Of a stretch of DNA of 64,000 bases, positions 51,345 to 63,751 are shown one piece after another. A program made the translations under genes and the position numbers. The DNA is taken from assembly GCA_026914245.1 (NCBI GenBank), contig CP110439.1, forward strand, positions 6,448,001-6,512,000, in the 5' to 3' direction. The notes beneath the pieces were generated by a model. That model was not told where the DNA came from. It saw nothing but the letters and a program-made list of their open reading frames with translations, and made no database searches. This DNA comes from Puccinia triticina (lineage: Eukaryota). Numbering within the stretch: position 1 is the first letter of the stretch; each line of letters starts with the position of its first letter.

Positions 51345-53807
51345 TGTGAGCTGCATGAGCTCAAGTTTCACCTGCAAAGGGAGGTGTGTGAGCTGTATTG
51401 TTTTCTGCCAGGTGGAGCTGGTTGAGGAGTATATTTAACTGCCAGTGGAGCTGCATGGTTTGCATCTTCCAGGGTAAGTTTCATGAGCTGTATTTTTGCC
51501 TGCAAGGGAGGTCTGTGTGAGCTGAATTTTAACCTCCTGGGGGAGCTGGTTGAGCTGAACTTTGACCTGCGGGGGGGGGGGAACTGGTTGAGCTGGATTT
51601 CAATCTGCCAGGGGAGCTGTGGGAGCTGGGTTTTCAACTGCAAGGAGGGCTGCGTGAGCTGGATTTTTTCCTGCCAGGGGGAGCTGAGTGAGCTTTATTT
51701 TCACAGGGGAGATGCGTGAGCTGTAATCTCCCCTGCCAGGGGTAGCTGCGTGAGCTGGAATTTTTTAGGGGAGCTGCATGAACTGTATTTTACTGTGAGC
51801 CCCCTCCCAAGGTTTCACGCAGTATCACAAGACCCAGAGCCCCACCCATATAGTCCCAGCTCCTCCTCACCTACCTAGCTCTGCAGAGATACTGATCTCT
51901 CAAAGCTAGCTCCTTCCCCTTTTGAAATAAATCACGGTTGGGCACTAGAAACCATATAGACCAGGTTCTCAGCACCTTTGCAATTCTTTAGTGAAGATTC
52001 CAAACAGGACTCTTACATTTACCCTGGCAGGGGGAGCTGAGAGAGCAGGATTTCAGTCTGCTAGTGCTGTGTGAGCTGGATTTGCAACTGTGAGGGGGGC
52101 TGCGTGAGCTGTATTTTTCCCTAGCAGGGGGAGCTAGTTGAGCTGTAAATTCACAGGGGAGCTTTGTGAGCTGCATTTTTTCCTCCCAGGGGGAGCTGAC
52201 TGGGCAGAAGTTTTACCTACCAGGGAGAGTTGTGTGAGCTGGATATTGCCTGTCAGTGGAGCTGCAGGAGCTTTACATCCAAGGGGGAGCTGTGTGAGCT
52301 GAATTCTACCCTGCAATGGGGAGCTGCCTGAGCTGGATTTCTGTGCCCCAGGAGCTGCATGAGCTGGGTTTTTCACTGCCAGGGGGAGCTGCTTGAGCTG
52401 TATATTCACAGGGGAGCTGGGTGAGCTGGATTTTGCCTGCCAGGGGGAGCTGGGTGAGCTAGCTGGATTTTTAGCTGCCAAGGGGAGCTGGGTGAGCTGG
52501 ATATTGCCTGCCAGGTGGAGCTGTGTGAGCTTTATTCTACCCTGCAATGGGGAGCTGCCTGATCCAGATTTCTGGCCGGGAAGCTGCATGAGCTGGATTA
52601 ATCACTGCCAGGGCGAGCTGCCTGAGCTGTATATTCACAGGGGATCTGGGTGACCTGGATTTTGCTTGCCAGGGGGAGCTGGGTGAGCTGGATATTTCCT
52701 GTCAGGTGGAGCTGTAGGAGCTTTACATTCAAGGGGGAGCTGTGTGAGCTGAATTCTACCCTGCAATGGGGAGCTGCCTGAGCTGGATTTTCTGTGCCCT
52801 AGGAGCTGCATGAGCTGGTTTTTTCACTGCCAGGGGGAGCTGCTTGAGCTGTATATTTACAGGGGAGCTGGGTGACCTGGATTTTGCCTGCCGGGGGAGC
52901 TGGGTGAGCTGGATTTTTCCCTGCCAGGGGGAGCTGGGTGAGCTGGATATTGCCTGCCAGGTGGAGCTGTGTGAGCTGTATTCTACCCTGCAATGGGGAG
53001 CTGCCTGAGCTGTATTCTACCCTGCAATGGGGAGCTGCCTGAGCTGTATTCTACCCTGCAATGGGGAGCTGCCTGAGCTGTTTTTCTGGCCGGGGGAGCT
53101 GCATGAGCTGGATTTATCACTGCCAGGGGGAGCTGCCTGAGCTGTATATTTACGGGGGAGCTGGGTGACCTGGATTTTGCCTGCCAGGGGAGCTGGGTGA
53201 GCTGAATTTTTCCCTGCCAGGGGGAGCTGGGTGAGCTGGATTTTTCTGCCAGGGGGAGCTGTGTGAGCTGTATATTCATGGGGGAGCTGTGTGAGCTGTA
53301 TTTCACCCTGCAATGGGGAGCTGCCTGAGCTGTTTTTCTGGCCGCGGGAGCTGCATGAGCTGGATTTATCACTGCCAGGGGGAGCTGCCTGAGCTGTATA
53401 TTCACAGGGGAGCTGCGTGAGCTGTATTCTACCCTGCAATGGGGAGCTGCCTGAGCTGTTTTTCTGGCCGGGGGAGCTGCGTGAGCTGGCTTTTTCACTG
53501 CCAGGGGGAGCTGCTTGAGCTGTATATTCACAGGGGAGCTGCGTGAGCTGGATATTGCCTGCCAGGGGGAGCTGGGTGAGCTGAATTTTTCCCTGCCAGG
53601 GGGAGCTGCCTGAGCTGGATTTTTATCTGCCAGGGGAGCTGTGTGAGCTGGATCTATGTGTGGCAGTGCACAAAAATTACCACTGCAAAAGTGAGCTGGT
53701 TGAGCTGCATTTGAGATGGGCTCATCCAGCTCTGCATTGCCTTTGGTTCCAAACCGAGGATTGTGCCATATTTTTCTTCGGTTTCAAACTGAAGAATTTA
53801 GATGACA
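51345..53807 (-). repeat. Right subterminal array plus TIR of the KDZ element
   Basis: Reverse complement of the 29268-32000 array. Confidence 0.92.
51794..52017. mobile_element. Short solo LTR (224 bp) within the right array
   Basis: tgtgagcc...tcttaca with TTTAC duplicated on both sides. Confidence 0.85.
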
Positions 53808-56130
53808 AAACTCGTTCCTCCATTGGATCCGCTCCAAGAGGAAGGCGAAGAACATTGCATGTTCAAAAAGAAATCAACTCAGCATTTTTTAGAACTTCCG
53901 GTGGCCATCTAGGGAGTAGCTTGCTTCAGCTAGTCAAGCGTGTTATGTCTTGGACACCGGTTTTCTTAGACTGGCTCAAAATCGATTTTGTAAAATACTT
54001 CCAAAAGACATCAAGACAAACAGCCGTGTTGCTGCTCAAACTCTTCTCAGTCAAAAAAAACATTCTTATTATGTTTTTTAAACTGTTAAAATTCTGCAGT
54101 GCCATGAAGAAAGGCTTACCGTTAAAATCCATTTCCAAAGGCACATCTGATTCCAAACCAGGTCTTTCCATCAACACCACAAGGATAAACCAACCAGATA
54201 AGGACCGGCAGCAAATAGGAAAGTTACTCTCCAACGGGCTGGGATCACTGTTTCAGGAGAAATTATGTCAAAGCTGGAAGGAGGGGAGTTTGTGGTGCAT
54301 GACAAAGTACAAACCTGTGGCCAAGAAAGTTCAACCTATCAATCAACCTATTACACAGGCTTTGAATCCTCCACTACAAAGACCTCAACTTACTCGAGAT
54401 CCCTACAAAACACCACTTACTCCAAATCCTCCTGATTTCAAGCCTACAGCCAGGATTACTGAAGAACGCCTGAAGGTAGTTAACTTTGGATCAGAAGGAT
54501 GGCTTTGGGAGGAAGAATTGAAACTCTTCAAGCACGTGATTGTAATGCAAGAAAAAGCGGTGGCGTTCACTCCAGAGGAAAGAGGACTCCTGAAGCATTT
54601 GTACGGACTACCTTATGTCATACCCATAGTTGACCACGTACCATGGCAAAATAAGCCTATACCCATCCCAGCAGCAATCAAGGATGAATACATGGAGCAA
54701 GTAAGGGAAAGGATAAGAAATAAACTTTACAAACAATCCACATCCAGTTACTCCAGTCCAGCTTTCTGCGTGCTAAAACATGATGGGAAGCTGAGGATAG
54801 TTCATGATCTACAAGAAATGAATAAGGTCACCATCAAGGACGCAGGATTGCCACCAGCAACAGAAGAATTTGCGGAATCATTTGCTGGACGTGCTTGCTA
54901 TGGATTAGGCGATATTATGGGGGGTTAGGATGAAAGGGAATTAGCTCCAGAATCAAGACCTCTGACTACCTTTGATACTCCCCTGGGTAGATTCCAACTT
55001 ACCAGACTTCCTCAAGGAGCCACCAATTCTGTAGCAGTATATCAGGCGCAAATGATGTGGATACTTCAGGATGAAATACCTGATCATGTAGGTGTGTTCA
55101 TTGACAATGGGGGGATCAAAGGACCCAAGTCCACATACAACGACGAAGTAATTGAAGAAAAACCAGGGATTAGGCGTTTCATCTGGGAATACGCTCAGAC
55201 ACTGGAAAGAATTTTATTTTGAATTGAAGAAGCTGGACTCACAATATTGGGGAAGAAGTTTGCCTGTTGTGTGCCTGCCTTGGATATTGTTGGACATGTA
55301 GTCTGTAAAGAAGGGCGCCGGGTTTTGACACAGAAAAAGAACAAGATAGCAACTTGGCCAACCCCCAACAATGTCACAGAACTCCAAGGCTTCATGGGAA
55401 TAGTAACTTACGTCAGGATATTTGTGAAAAATCTGTCGGAAATTGCAGCCCCTCTTCGAAAGCTCACACGTAAGGATGAGGGATGGATCTGGGACAACAA
55501 TTGTGATGCGGCCTTCAACCAGCTGAAGGAAATTATTGGAGAGGATATTACGCTGAAGAGACTGGACTATTCAGAAGAGGCGGGGCTCATTATTTTGGCC
55601 GTAGACTCTAGTTTTATTGCAGCAGGGGCGGTACTTTCCCAACAGGAATTGGAAACAGGATTAAACCGCATATGAATCGATTGTGTTTTCACCCGTCGAG
55701 TCAAAATACTCTCAACCAAAACTAGAACTTTGCGGGGTTGCAAGAATTCTGAAGAAGCTGCAGACACTTCTGTGGGGCCAACACTTCGAGCTACAGGTGG
55801 ATGCGCAATTGTTGATACAGATGATTAACTCACCATCTCTCCCAAATGCGCCAATGATGAGATGGGTAGCGTTCATTCAGCTATTTTCATTTGACATGGT
55901 ACATAAGCCTGGGAAGACCTTCACACTGCTGGATGCTCTGTCTAGGCGGCCCATAAGTGAAGAAGAAGAGGATTTCTACGAGGACACAGAGGATTTTGAT
56001 GAGGAGGAACCACTAATTAAAGCCTGCTTACAGTTTAAAATAATGTCAACTTCAACGGAACTACTGGAATGGGAAACGCCAGGATTCTGGACAGACCTCA
56101 AATATTATCTGCAAACATTAAAGCAACCTT
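53808..56130 (+). pseudogene. pol: Gypsy Pol RT plus RNase H with stops and frameshift
   Basis: LRIVHDLQEMN, RLPQGATNS, VFIDNGG, LAVDSSFIAAG, SQPKLELCG, DALSRR. Confidence 0.92.
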
Positions 56131-56913
56131 TGTCAGCCACTGAGACAATTGTCCATGTGTCTTCAATGATAATTACAAGTCATGTAACCCAATGGCTAAA
56201 GGCTACCTTAAGATTGACCTTGATCTTGTGTAAGATCCTGTGTTCAAGTCCTCCTGTTGTCTTATAATATTACTTTTGTTGCAATCATCACTTTATATGT
56301 ACTAAACTGTATGATTTCACACTTATTATGTATTTACCTTGATTGAGAATAATAATGTACTAATGGAGTATATCTCTCTATGGATTTACCATACATAGAG
56401 AGATTACATAATTATTCATGTAATTCCTCCTCTGAATTCCGTGGACCTCTTCCCCCTCCTTGGAGTTAAGGATCCCTCTGGGGCCTTGACTTGAAGGAGG
56501 ATCAGGTCCCTGTAATATAAAAGGGGGAGATCTTTCCCCCCAAGATTATTACCATACAAACCCGCCAACCTTACTACAAATCAATAGTGAGTGGGGTTTA
56601 CAATAATCAACTAACTTTCTCTTTCCCTTACAGCTTTTCTTCGACCTCAACTCGTGTATTTTCTAGTTACAGGTGATTGTTATCACACCTGTAACTTAGA
56701 AAATAACCTCTCATTGTTCGAAGCTACGGCGCCTGGCTTGAGTCATCGCCGCGTCCCCTTACATTTGTAAGGGAGCTAGCCCCTCCGCTGCTCAGCGTCG
56801 AGGTGTGTTTTATTCCCACTGGCTGTAATAGCTATAGTGCGGCCCTGATTCCGTTAGCCGCTGTCCAAGCCGCTACTGCGCGTAGTCCAAAAACCCATCA
56901 GCCCCTTGTCACA
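56131..56913. mobile_element. ~780-bp LTR-like insertion between RNase H and integrase
   Basis: Pol frame breaks after LKQP and resumes at ETGADKFQK. TG...CA ends, internal tataaaaggg, no clear TSD. Confidence 0.6.
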
Positions 56914-56988
56914 TAAGAGACGGGAGCTGACAAATTCCAGAAACTGAAAAGGAAGTCTGTCAATTATTTCATCCAAGACAGACGGCTT

Positions 56989-58101
56989 ATGAGAAGGCAC
57001 TCACCCATGCCACAATTAGTTATCTCCAAAATAGCTTACCAAAGTAAATTACTCCGAATGGTGCATGAAGAGCTGGGACACCGGGGGCTTGAGGAAACAT
57101 ATCAGCGACTAGTGTGCCGGTTCTGGTGGCCTAGTTTGAAGAGAAAGGTCAAATTATGGGTACAAAGCTGTGAGCCTTGTCAAAAGAGGGATCCACTAGT
57201 CCCACGGGAAATACAACACCCCACAGGGGAAAGCAGCTTATTTGGACGAGTGGCCCTGGACGTCTGTCATATTAAAGCGGGAAGATACAAATACTTGCTA
57301 GTGGCTCGTGACGACTTGTCTGGCTGGGTTGAAGCAGCTCCCTTGGTAAAACTGACAGCAGCAACCATTGAAAAATTTCTCTTGGAAGAATGGGTCTACC
57401 GCTACGGTGCAATTAAAACAGTAACTGCAGACAATGGGCCTGAATTCAAGAATGAATTTATCAAAGCAGTGGAAAAAGTGGGAGCAGTATTTAAGCCACC
57501 TACCCCTTATTACCCGGAAGCAAATGGAATGATTGAGCGAGGTCACAGACCCATTAAAGACACCTTAATCAAAATGTGCGGCAAATCTGGGGGAAAGTGG
57601 AGAGAATATCTACCTTTAGTCCTCTTTGCAGACAGAATTTCAACCAAGCGTACAACTGGATACTCACCTTACGAGCTGGTGTTTGGTCAAAAAGCCGTTC
57701 TTCCTGTGGACCTAGAAATGGACACTTATCTGGGAATTGACTGGATGGAAATACACACTACAGAAGAACTCCTGGAGGCTAGGACCATGCAATTGGAGCG
57801 CAGAGAGGAAATGCTGGGAATAGCTCATGAGAAATTAATGAAAGTCAGGGATTCTTTGGTCAGATACTGGGACAGAAAAATGGCAGCAAGGCTCCGAAAA
57901 CCTTTGGATCCAGGCGAATTGGTGCTAATTTACAATAAAAGCCTGGAAGATCAATGGGGAAAGCTTTTTGCAAATCGTTGGAATGGACCTTTTAGGATTA
58001 GGAAGCAGCTACCCAAGGGATCTTACATCCTGGAAGAACTGGATGGAGTCGAATTAAAAAGGGCCTACGCAGCTTCCCATATCAAGCGCTTCTACCCTTG
58101 A
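56989..58101 (+). pseudogene. pol: Gypsy integrase
   Basis: HEELGH...CEPC, ALDVC, ADNGPEF, GMIERGH, WNGPF. Confidence 0.93.
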
Positions 58102-58795
58102 GGACGCAACCTGGCGGATATACAGCTTGATGAGGACCCGTCCCAGCCAGAAAACCCAGATGAAGGGGAAATATCCAGTAATTCTTCTGAAGGTGGCTCA
58201 TCTAATTTGGCTGACTAAAATTAACCTCCTGGGCATGAGGTTAAACTGTTCAAAACTTAAGCACAATTCTTTTTTTGAAAAGTTGGGGGAGAAACAGGGC
58301 TTACTCCTTTGAAAATTCTCCTTGAGCCTCCCAACTCTGCAATAATCAAACACTCTTTTAGAAAACACTCTTTTGCCAAATCACACTCTTTCAGCAAGAT
58401 TCATTTTCCTGGTTTAATCTGGAAATAGTTTTTTATATAGAAAATAAACAAAAAGAAATTTCTCCGTATAGATTAAATACTTACTTTTATCTTTCTCACA
58501 TATATGAAATTTTTTAGTTGGCTCTTCTGTTCTCTCACTATAGGTTGGGAACAACCTCTACAAGTTGGGGGAGGGGGTCTGGGGGGTTTAATTTCACGAA
58601 GAAGAAAAGAAAACATTTTTTTTGGTTTTTTTTACAAATTATGTCGAATTTTTTGGTTTTTTTTTTTGTTTTGTTTTTTTACCCCAAACAGACAGTGACA
58701 ACAGCCTCTACAACAAAGAAAGACAAGGAACCTTAGTATAAATAAGTACATAGAAGAAAAAAGAACAAAAGAAGGAATCAGCTCACTGTAGTAGT

Positions 58796-60313
58796 TTACG
58801 CATCCCAAACAACTTGGCGTATGGAAGAGCGGTACTCCTCCAAGACTGCTTGGAACACGTGGATTCGCTGAATACGACCTCCCTTGTTCTCGGTTGGGGT
58901 GCGTTGACAGTAGGAAATAAAAACTCGGGCGAAAGTCTGATACAACCAAGTATAAGCTTCCAGGTCGAGGCCGGGAAGCGGAGCAGGTTGAGTCGGAACC
59001 GGTTGCTGGCGTGGCTCCAGGAGAACCTGAACCTGGGTGTCACTCAAGAAAGGGAGATCGCCATGGGGAAAGAATGGAGTATTGGCGGGACCGGAAGCTT
59101 GAGAGGCGTTTTCGGAATCCGTTTTGCCTTCCACATTGGCATTGGAACCGAGCGTGGGCGGGCAATATAAAGCCTTGACCTCTAGCAATGTGGGTCGAAA
59201 CATCCACCCGGGAAGAGACGACCAAGTAGAGTCCCACTCGGGAGTTGGAGGGACCTGACCATAAACTTCATTAGCAACAAGAATAACCTTAATACAAGTC
59301 AAAAAAAAAAAAAAAAGAGACTTACCCCACCCAACCACTTGAAGAGTTGGTCCAACTTGTCTTTGGTCTCACCAATCTGGGATTGATCGGCGTCTGAGCC
59401 ACCAGAACAATTGGAGCGTCTCTCTGACACAACAGACCCAACAGATGAGCTACGGCAGCTCGTAGCCGGGGTCGTAAGCGGGGAAGGATGGGGGGCAGGA
59501 GGGACAAGCCAGTCGTCACCAATAAGGACCCGATTGGAATGTAAAATCTATAGACATTGACTTTAGTACAGACCAAAAAGCACAACAATACAAGAACAGA
59601 AGAAAACTTACCGGGTCCTTGCAAGGCTCAGTACCTGGGGAATAAACCGGGGAGTCGGTTCCAGGTCTCCAGCCCGGGCTGCGACCGCGGTAGGTGGGCG
59701 AAGGGAAGAGGGCACTCGAACCCGCAGCCGGGGACTGAAGGCGCGGGTGGAGTCTCACCAAACCAGGTGGAACCCGCGACGGTTCAGGCAACGGGGTGCG
59801 GGGCACGTCCGGGGTGTTTGGACGACCACCCGGGGAAAGAAGCTAGACAAGATTGGATCGTTAGTAATAGGCACGATACAATACCAATAAATGTTGTTGT
59901 ATTGGTTGAAAAACGATACATACCTCTGCTACTTGAGCCACCGCACGTTCATCAAGAATGAACGGTCAATTGTCTTGGGCCACCCAATCCTCTGCGGCTT
60001 GATCAAGGCGGGGTTGAGGTTGGTTGGCTTGGCGGTATGCGTCCATCCTTTGTCGGGACCATTGAAACCAGCCCGGTGTTAACGCTTCAGCTTGGTATAA
60101 CGGTCCATCCATGATCAGGATGGGATTATGGATGGAAGAGCCCGGCTAAGTAACAACAAAAAAGGGAACGTTTGGGTTAGCGGTATCAGGAGCAACGAGC
60201 GACAGACAGGAAAGAAGACTTACACAAGCTGGAGCCTCTGCGGAAGCTCCTTGGTTCCGCAAAGGATAAAGAGAGGAGGAGAAGTAGGTTTGATAATGAG
60301 CACGACGGGGCAT
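58796..60313 (-). pseudogene. Antisense five-exon accessory gene (~407 codons, one internal TGA) in the Gypsy 3' region
   Basis: Exons 60313-60224, 60145-59924, 59842-59612, 59547-59326, 59254-58796. All introns GT-AG and phase 0. Single stop at 59966-59968. Confidence 0.75.
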
Positions 60314-61632
60314 AGTCTTTTGTGGTCTAAGTAAAGCAAGCCTTGAAACAAGTCAAAAAGGGGAAGCAAAAATAAGTGTACTGGACAAGTGAGAGTGAGG
60401 AAGTGGTTGAGGACAGGAAAACCAGGAGAGGGGGAGCTCTTTTATACTCGAACGGGGGGGGGGGGCAGCGGGCACTCACCGGCTTATATGTACTACCCTC
60501 TGAGCAACTCCCTGACCTGCCAACAGAACTGGTCTACTAACCATTTTGAGTCGACAGCGTCGTTTGATGCAAACCGTCACGAAGCCAGATAGAACCAAAG
60601 CCGAGAAATGGGGCCCACAGCTGGACTCGGCATCAAACACGAACACACGGGCCCACGGAGAGTTAACAAGAGGAGAGAAAAATAAGAAACAGTTGTCAGT
60701 TTCACCGCGTTAGCACCGGTCAGAGGAGAGAAGAGACGCCTTGCACTCACCAGGGTGTATGGACTACCGGGTCTAGTGCGTGAAGCTGCCCGCGGCGGTG
60801 GTACGAGTCGGGCTGTTAAAAACAAGATCTGACTGTCAGCTGTCAGAATTTGGATACACAAATGAAGCTGTTGTTTTCTTTCCTTCTTCTTGACGGAAAC
60901 CAAGAAGAACGGTCAGAATAAGGAAAGAGAAACCACCCACCCAAAAGGACAAAGACGGTTTAAGGCTTGAATGAGTTGATTTGAGAATCGAAGCCCTCAT
61001 TGAGCGCCGGTGACGTAGTCGAAGAGGTCGGAAGCTCGGCGAAGTCGAAGGGTTGGGTGCTGGCAGAGGACAAGATGTAAGGATATATCGATACCCCCTA
61101 TGGGGTAAGGTCGATATACATACACATACCCCCCCAGGCGGGGTAGGGAGTAAACACTCGAGACCAAACGGGAGCTTGGACGGGCGGGTACGATCAGCAC
61201 TAATACCCGGGCCCCAAGCCCGACCAACCAATCATCAGGGGCGGGATCGAGTCCCCAATCACTACTTGTACACCGAGGCGCGCGGCTTCAAAAGCGCGCA
61301 CCCTAAGGCGCTAGAGCAACAGCTGCGGCCGCCACCACAGCACAAGCATCACTACTGCGCAACTGTGGACTGTGGACTGCGGACTGCGCGCAGCACTTCG
61401 ACTCCCAGAACCAACAAAAAGTTCTTGTCAAGAAAAATCCCAAAATTGACAAAAATCAATTTTTTGGCCAATTTTCACCCTGCGCAGCCTCTCAAGACAT
61501 GTGGCCCAGAAGACGTCAAAATGGCCAATTCTCCAAGGATCCTACAAATCACCATGTCACAGGTTCAAAAGTTGACAGAAAGCACTTTTCACGTCAAAAT
61601 TGTCTGGGGACAGACAATAAGTTGGGGGAGGA

Positions 61633-62621
61633 TGTGGTAGACGGAAAAGTGGAGAAATAAAAAGTTTTTTCTATACCACATAAGTACTCATACTAGGCCT
61701 CAAGATGACACCAAATGGACCCCAGAAATGGATTCTACGGCCAATTTCACCCTTAGTCACCACTGGAAGCATCTCTGAGCCCCCTCTAGCGTGGAAGTTA
61801 CACCTCATGGACACCTATCACACGGCCAGCCCCAGTAACCCAGCTGTCACCTGCCTCAACCCAAGTTTCACAGTAGTACACTTATACATATCACAGGATA
61901 CAAACATACATCTCCCTGTCAGGCTACACTCATTACATATTAACTACATACACTCCTTTATATCCATAGTATGACATCATTTACACTGTTTCTGCAGCCT
62001 CAGACTTTGTGTATACACTAATTCCCCCTGTATGACAGCTCATGCAGTCTACTGTCACCTCATGCATGCGTTAGAATTTTCTGTTGTATATTCTGACATC
62101 ATGTATGCACCCCTGGCATGTTTAGAATGTTCTGTTGTATATTCTGACACCATTCATGCGCCCCTGAGGGGTTATGACATCATTTGTATCTACTCTCACC
62201 AGCTAAAATCCCTCACCCTGTTGTCTAGATTAGCTGAAACCCTAACCCACAAGCCCCTTTAGGGTTCCACTTTTGTCTATAAAAGGAGCTCCCTCCACCC
62301 CCAGTGGTCTGCTCCCCAGTTTCTCACCCAGAACTCACAAGTCACCCAACACTCATCCACACTCAAATCCTAAAACCCTTATAACAATAAACTCAAACCT
62401 TATAACAATAATTCAACCCTTATAACAAAGTAATCAAAACACTTACACGTTGCCAGTCAAACAGATTTCATCTGGAACAGACCAGACCTATCACTTAAAA
62501 AAACTTGCCAAGCTGAGCTTGGTGGGTCTTGTTGACTGATAACAGAAGAGCAGAGCTTGCAACTCCACCATACCCTTCACCATTCAGCAAAAGGGTTTCA
62601 TTACCACTTTTGAGTCTTACA
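61633..62621 (+). repeat. 3' LTR
   Basis: Copy of 25380-26372, preceded by the PPT. Confidence 0.95.
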
Positions 62622-62960
62622 ACGTGCTGAAGAGATGTCTGGCGGAAGTTAGTTCTGTGAGAACCTTCCTGTTTGGCTACCAACAAGGCCAGCTTTGCCT
62701 TCACCTCACCAGATGCAAAGTTGTTGCCCACATCCAGGCCGCTCCCAAGGCAAGTGGGCAGTCGAGCGTCCTAGGCCACAGTTTCTGAGTGGGCAGAGCT
62801 TCCCTAAGGCACCCATTGGGCATGACCGCAGAAGAAATTTGTGCCCTAGGCCACTGGAATTTCAGATGTTACCAGTTGTATATACGGCCATACGGGCCAT
62901 GGGATCTGAAACGCACACGTTGTGTTCTCGTGAACTTCAAGCAAGACGGGTTGGAGATTG
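62622..62960 (+). pseudogene. Tyrosine recombinase, C-terminal part
   Basis: VLKRCL...LGHSF*VG (HxxR with R changed to stop)...LGHW...CYQLYIR (catalytic Tyr). Confidence 0.85.
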
Positions 62961-63049
62961 CTGGTTTTTGGCGCCTTCTTTTCATTCCTGAAGAATTTTT
63001 TTGGGAGTTTGTGGGTTCACGCGCGGCTCAGGCTCCCTCAAAATCCCTG

Positions 63050-63751
63050 AGTGGTGGCTGAACGCCTGAAACCCAATCCTTCCCTTTGTTGCAGTAGGTA
63101 TGCTGGTGGTCTGCCACAAAAGCCTGACAATAGGAACAGGCCTGTGGAATGGGACTTGACTGCTGGTTACCAGCATTCAACCACATGTTTTAAACTTTCA
63201 TGTGATGACGGGCCTAACTGCAGGGATTGAACTTGCTTTGCCAAAATTCACCATCATCCATGAACCGGATGAGGTGTTTGCCACCGACTTTTCACAATAT
63301 CAGTTCCCAGTGGCCCTGGCTTTTGCAATGACTTTCAACAAGGCTCAGGGTCAGACCCTGTGGTGTGTTGAAGTATTCTTGCCAAGTCCAGTGTTTGCAC
63401 ATGGCCAGTTATATGTTGCTTTATCAAGAGCACCAAACCTTCAAGGTTGAATGGTAGGCTTAGTTGAGACAAAGCCAAATTATATTTAACCTCAAATTTC
63501 ATTCATTTGGAACTGTTAAATGATGCAGTTAGGAGATTAGTTTGGTACGTGAAAATGGCCCTAGCGTGAGAAGTTGTGGGGGTGTTTCATTATTTGCGGT
63601 AGCTTTTTGTTGACTTGAGTTTTTTTACTGTATTTGTACTCTTGTTTTGTAATGTTTTTCCATGAATTTTAGCTATATGAATTTGCAATTGGTGTACACT
63701 GGAAAGAGTGCGGCTTGGGTGTGGCGCACGGCGGAGCCGCGAGTACCCTAG
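63050..63751 (+). mobile_element. Helitron 3' remnant: PIF1-like helicase C-terminus plus terminal hairpin and CTAG
   Basis: GLWNGT*L, QFPVALAFAMTFNKAQGQTL, VFAHGQLYVALSR. Hairpin cggc-gga-gccg, then CTAG (63748-63751) followed by T. Confidence 0.85.

Larger units (their letters stand above)
29268..53807. mobile_element. KDZ-superfamily DNA transposon (24.5 kb) carrying transposase, TET/JBP dioxygenase and HMG-like genes
   Basis: Inverted ends TGTCAGCAAAATTCTTTGGTTTGAAACC and GGTTTCAAACTGAAGAATTTAGATGACA, colinear for >150 bp and continuing into mirror-image arrays. Separates the Gypsy protease from RT. Confidence 0.88.
25380..62621 (+). mobile_element. Ty3/Gypsy LTR retrotransposon expanded to 37 kb by nested insertions
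   Basis: ~990-bp TG...CA LTRs at 25380-26372 and 61633-62621, PPT gggggagga before 61633, ACAT/ACGT flanks, domain order gag-PR // RT-RH-IN. Confidence 0.95.

Noticed and set aside
53660..53807. N-terminus of the 422-aa ORF
   Set aside because: Read-through from the KDZ TIR into Gypsy pol, not a real fusion
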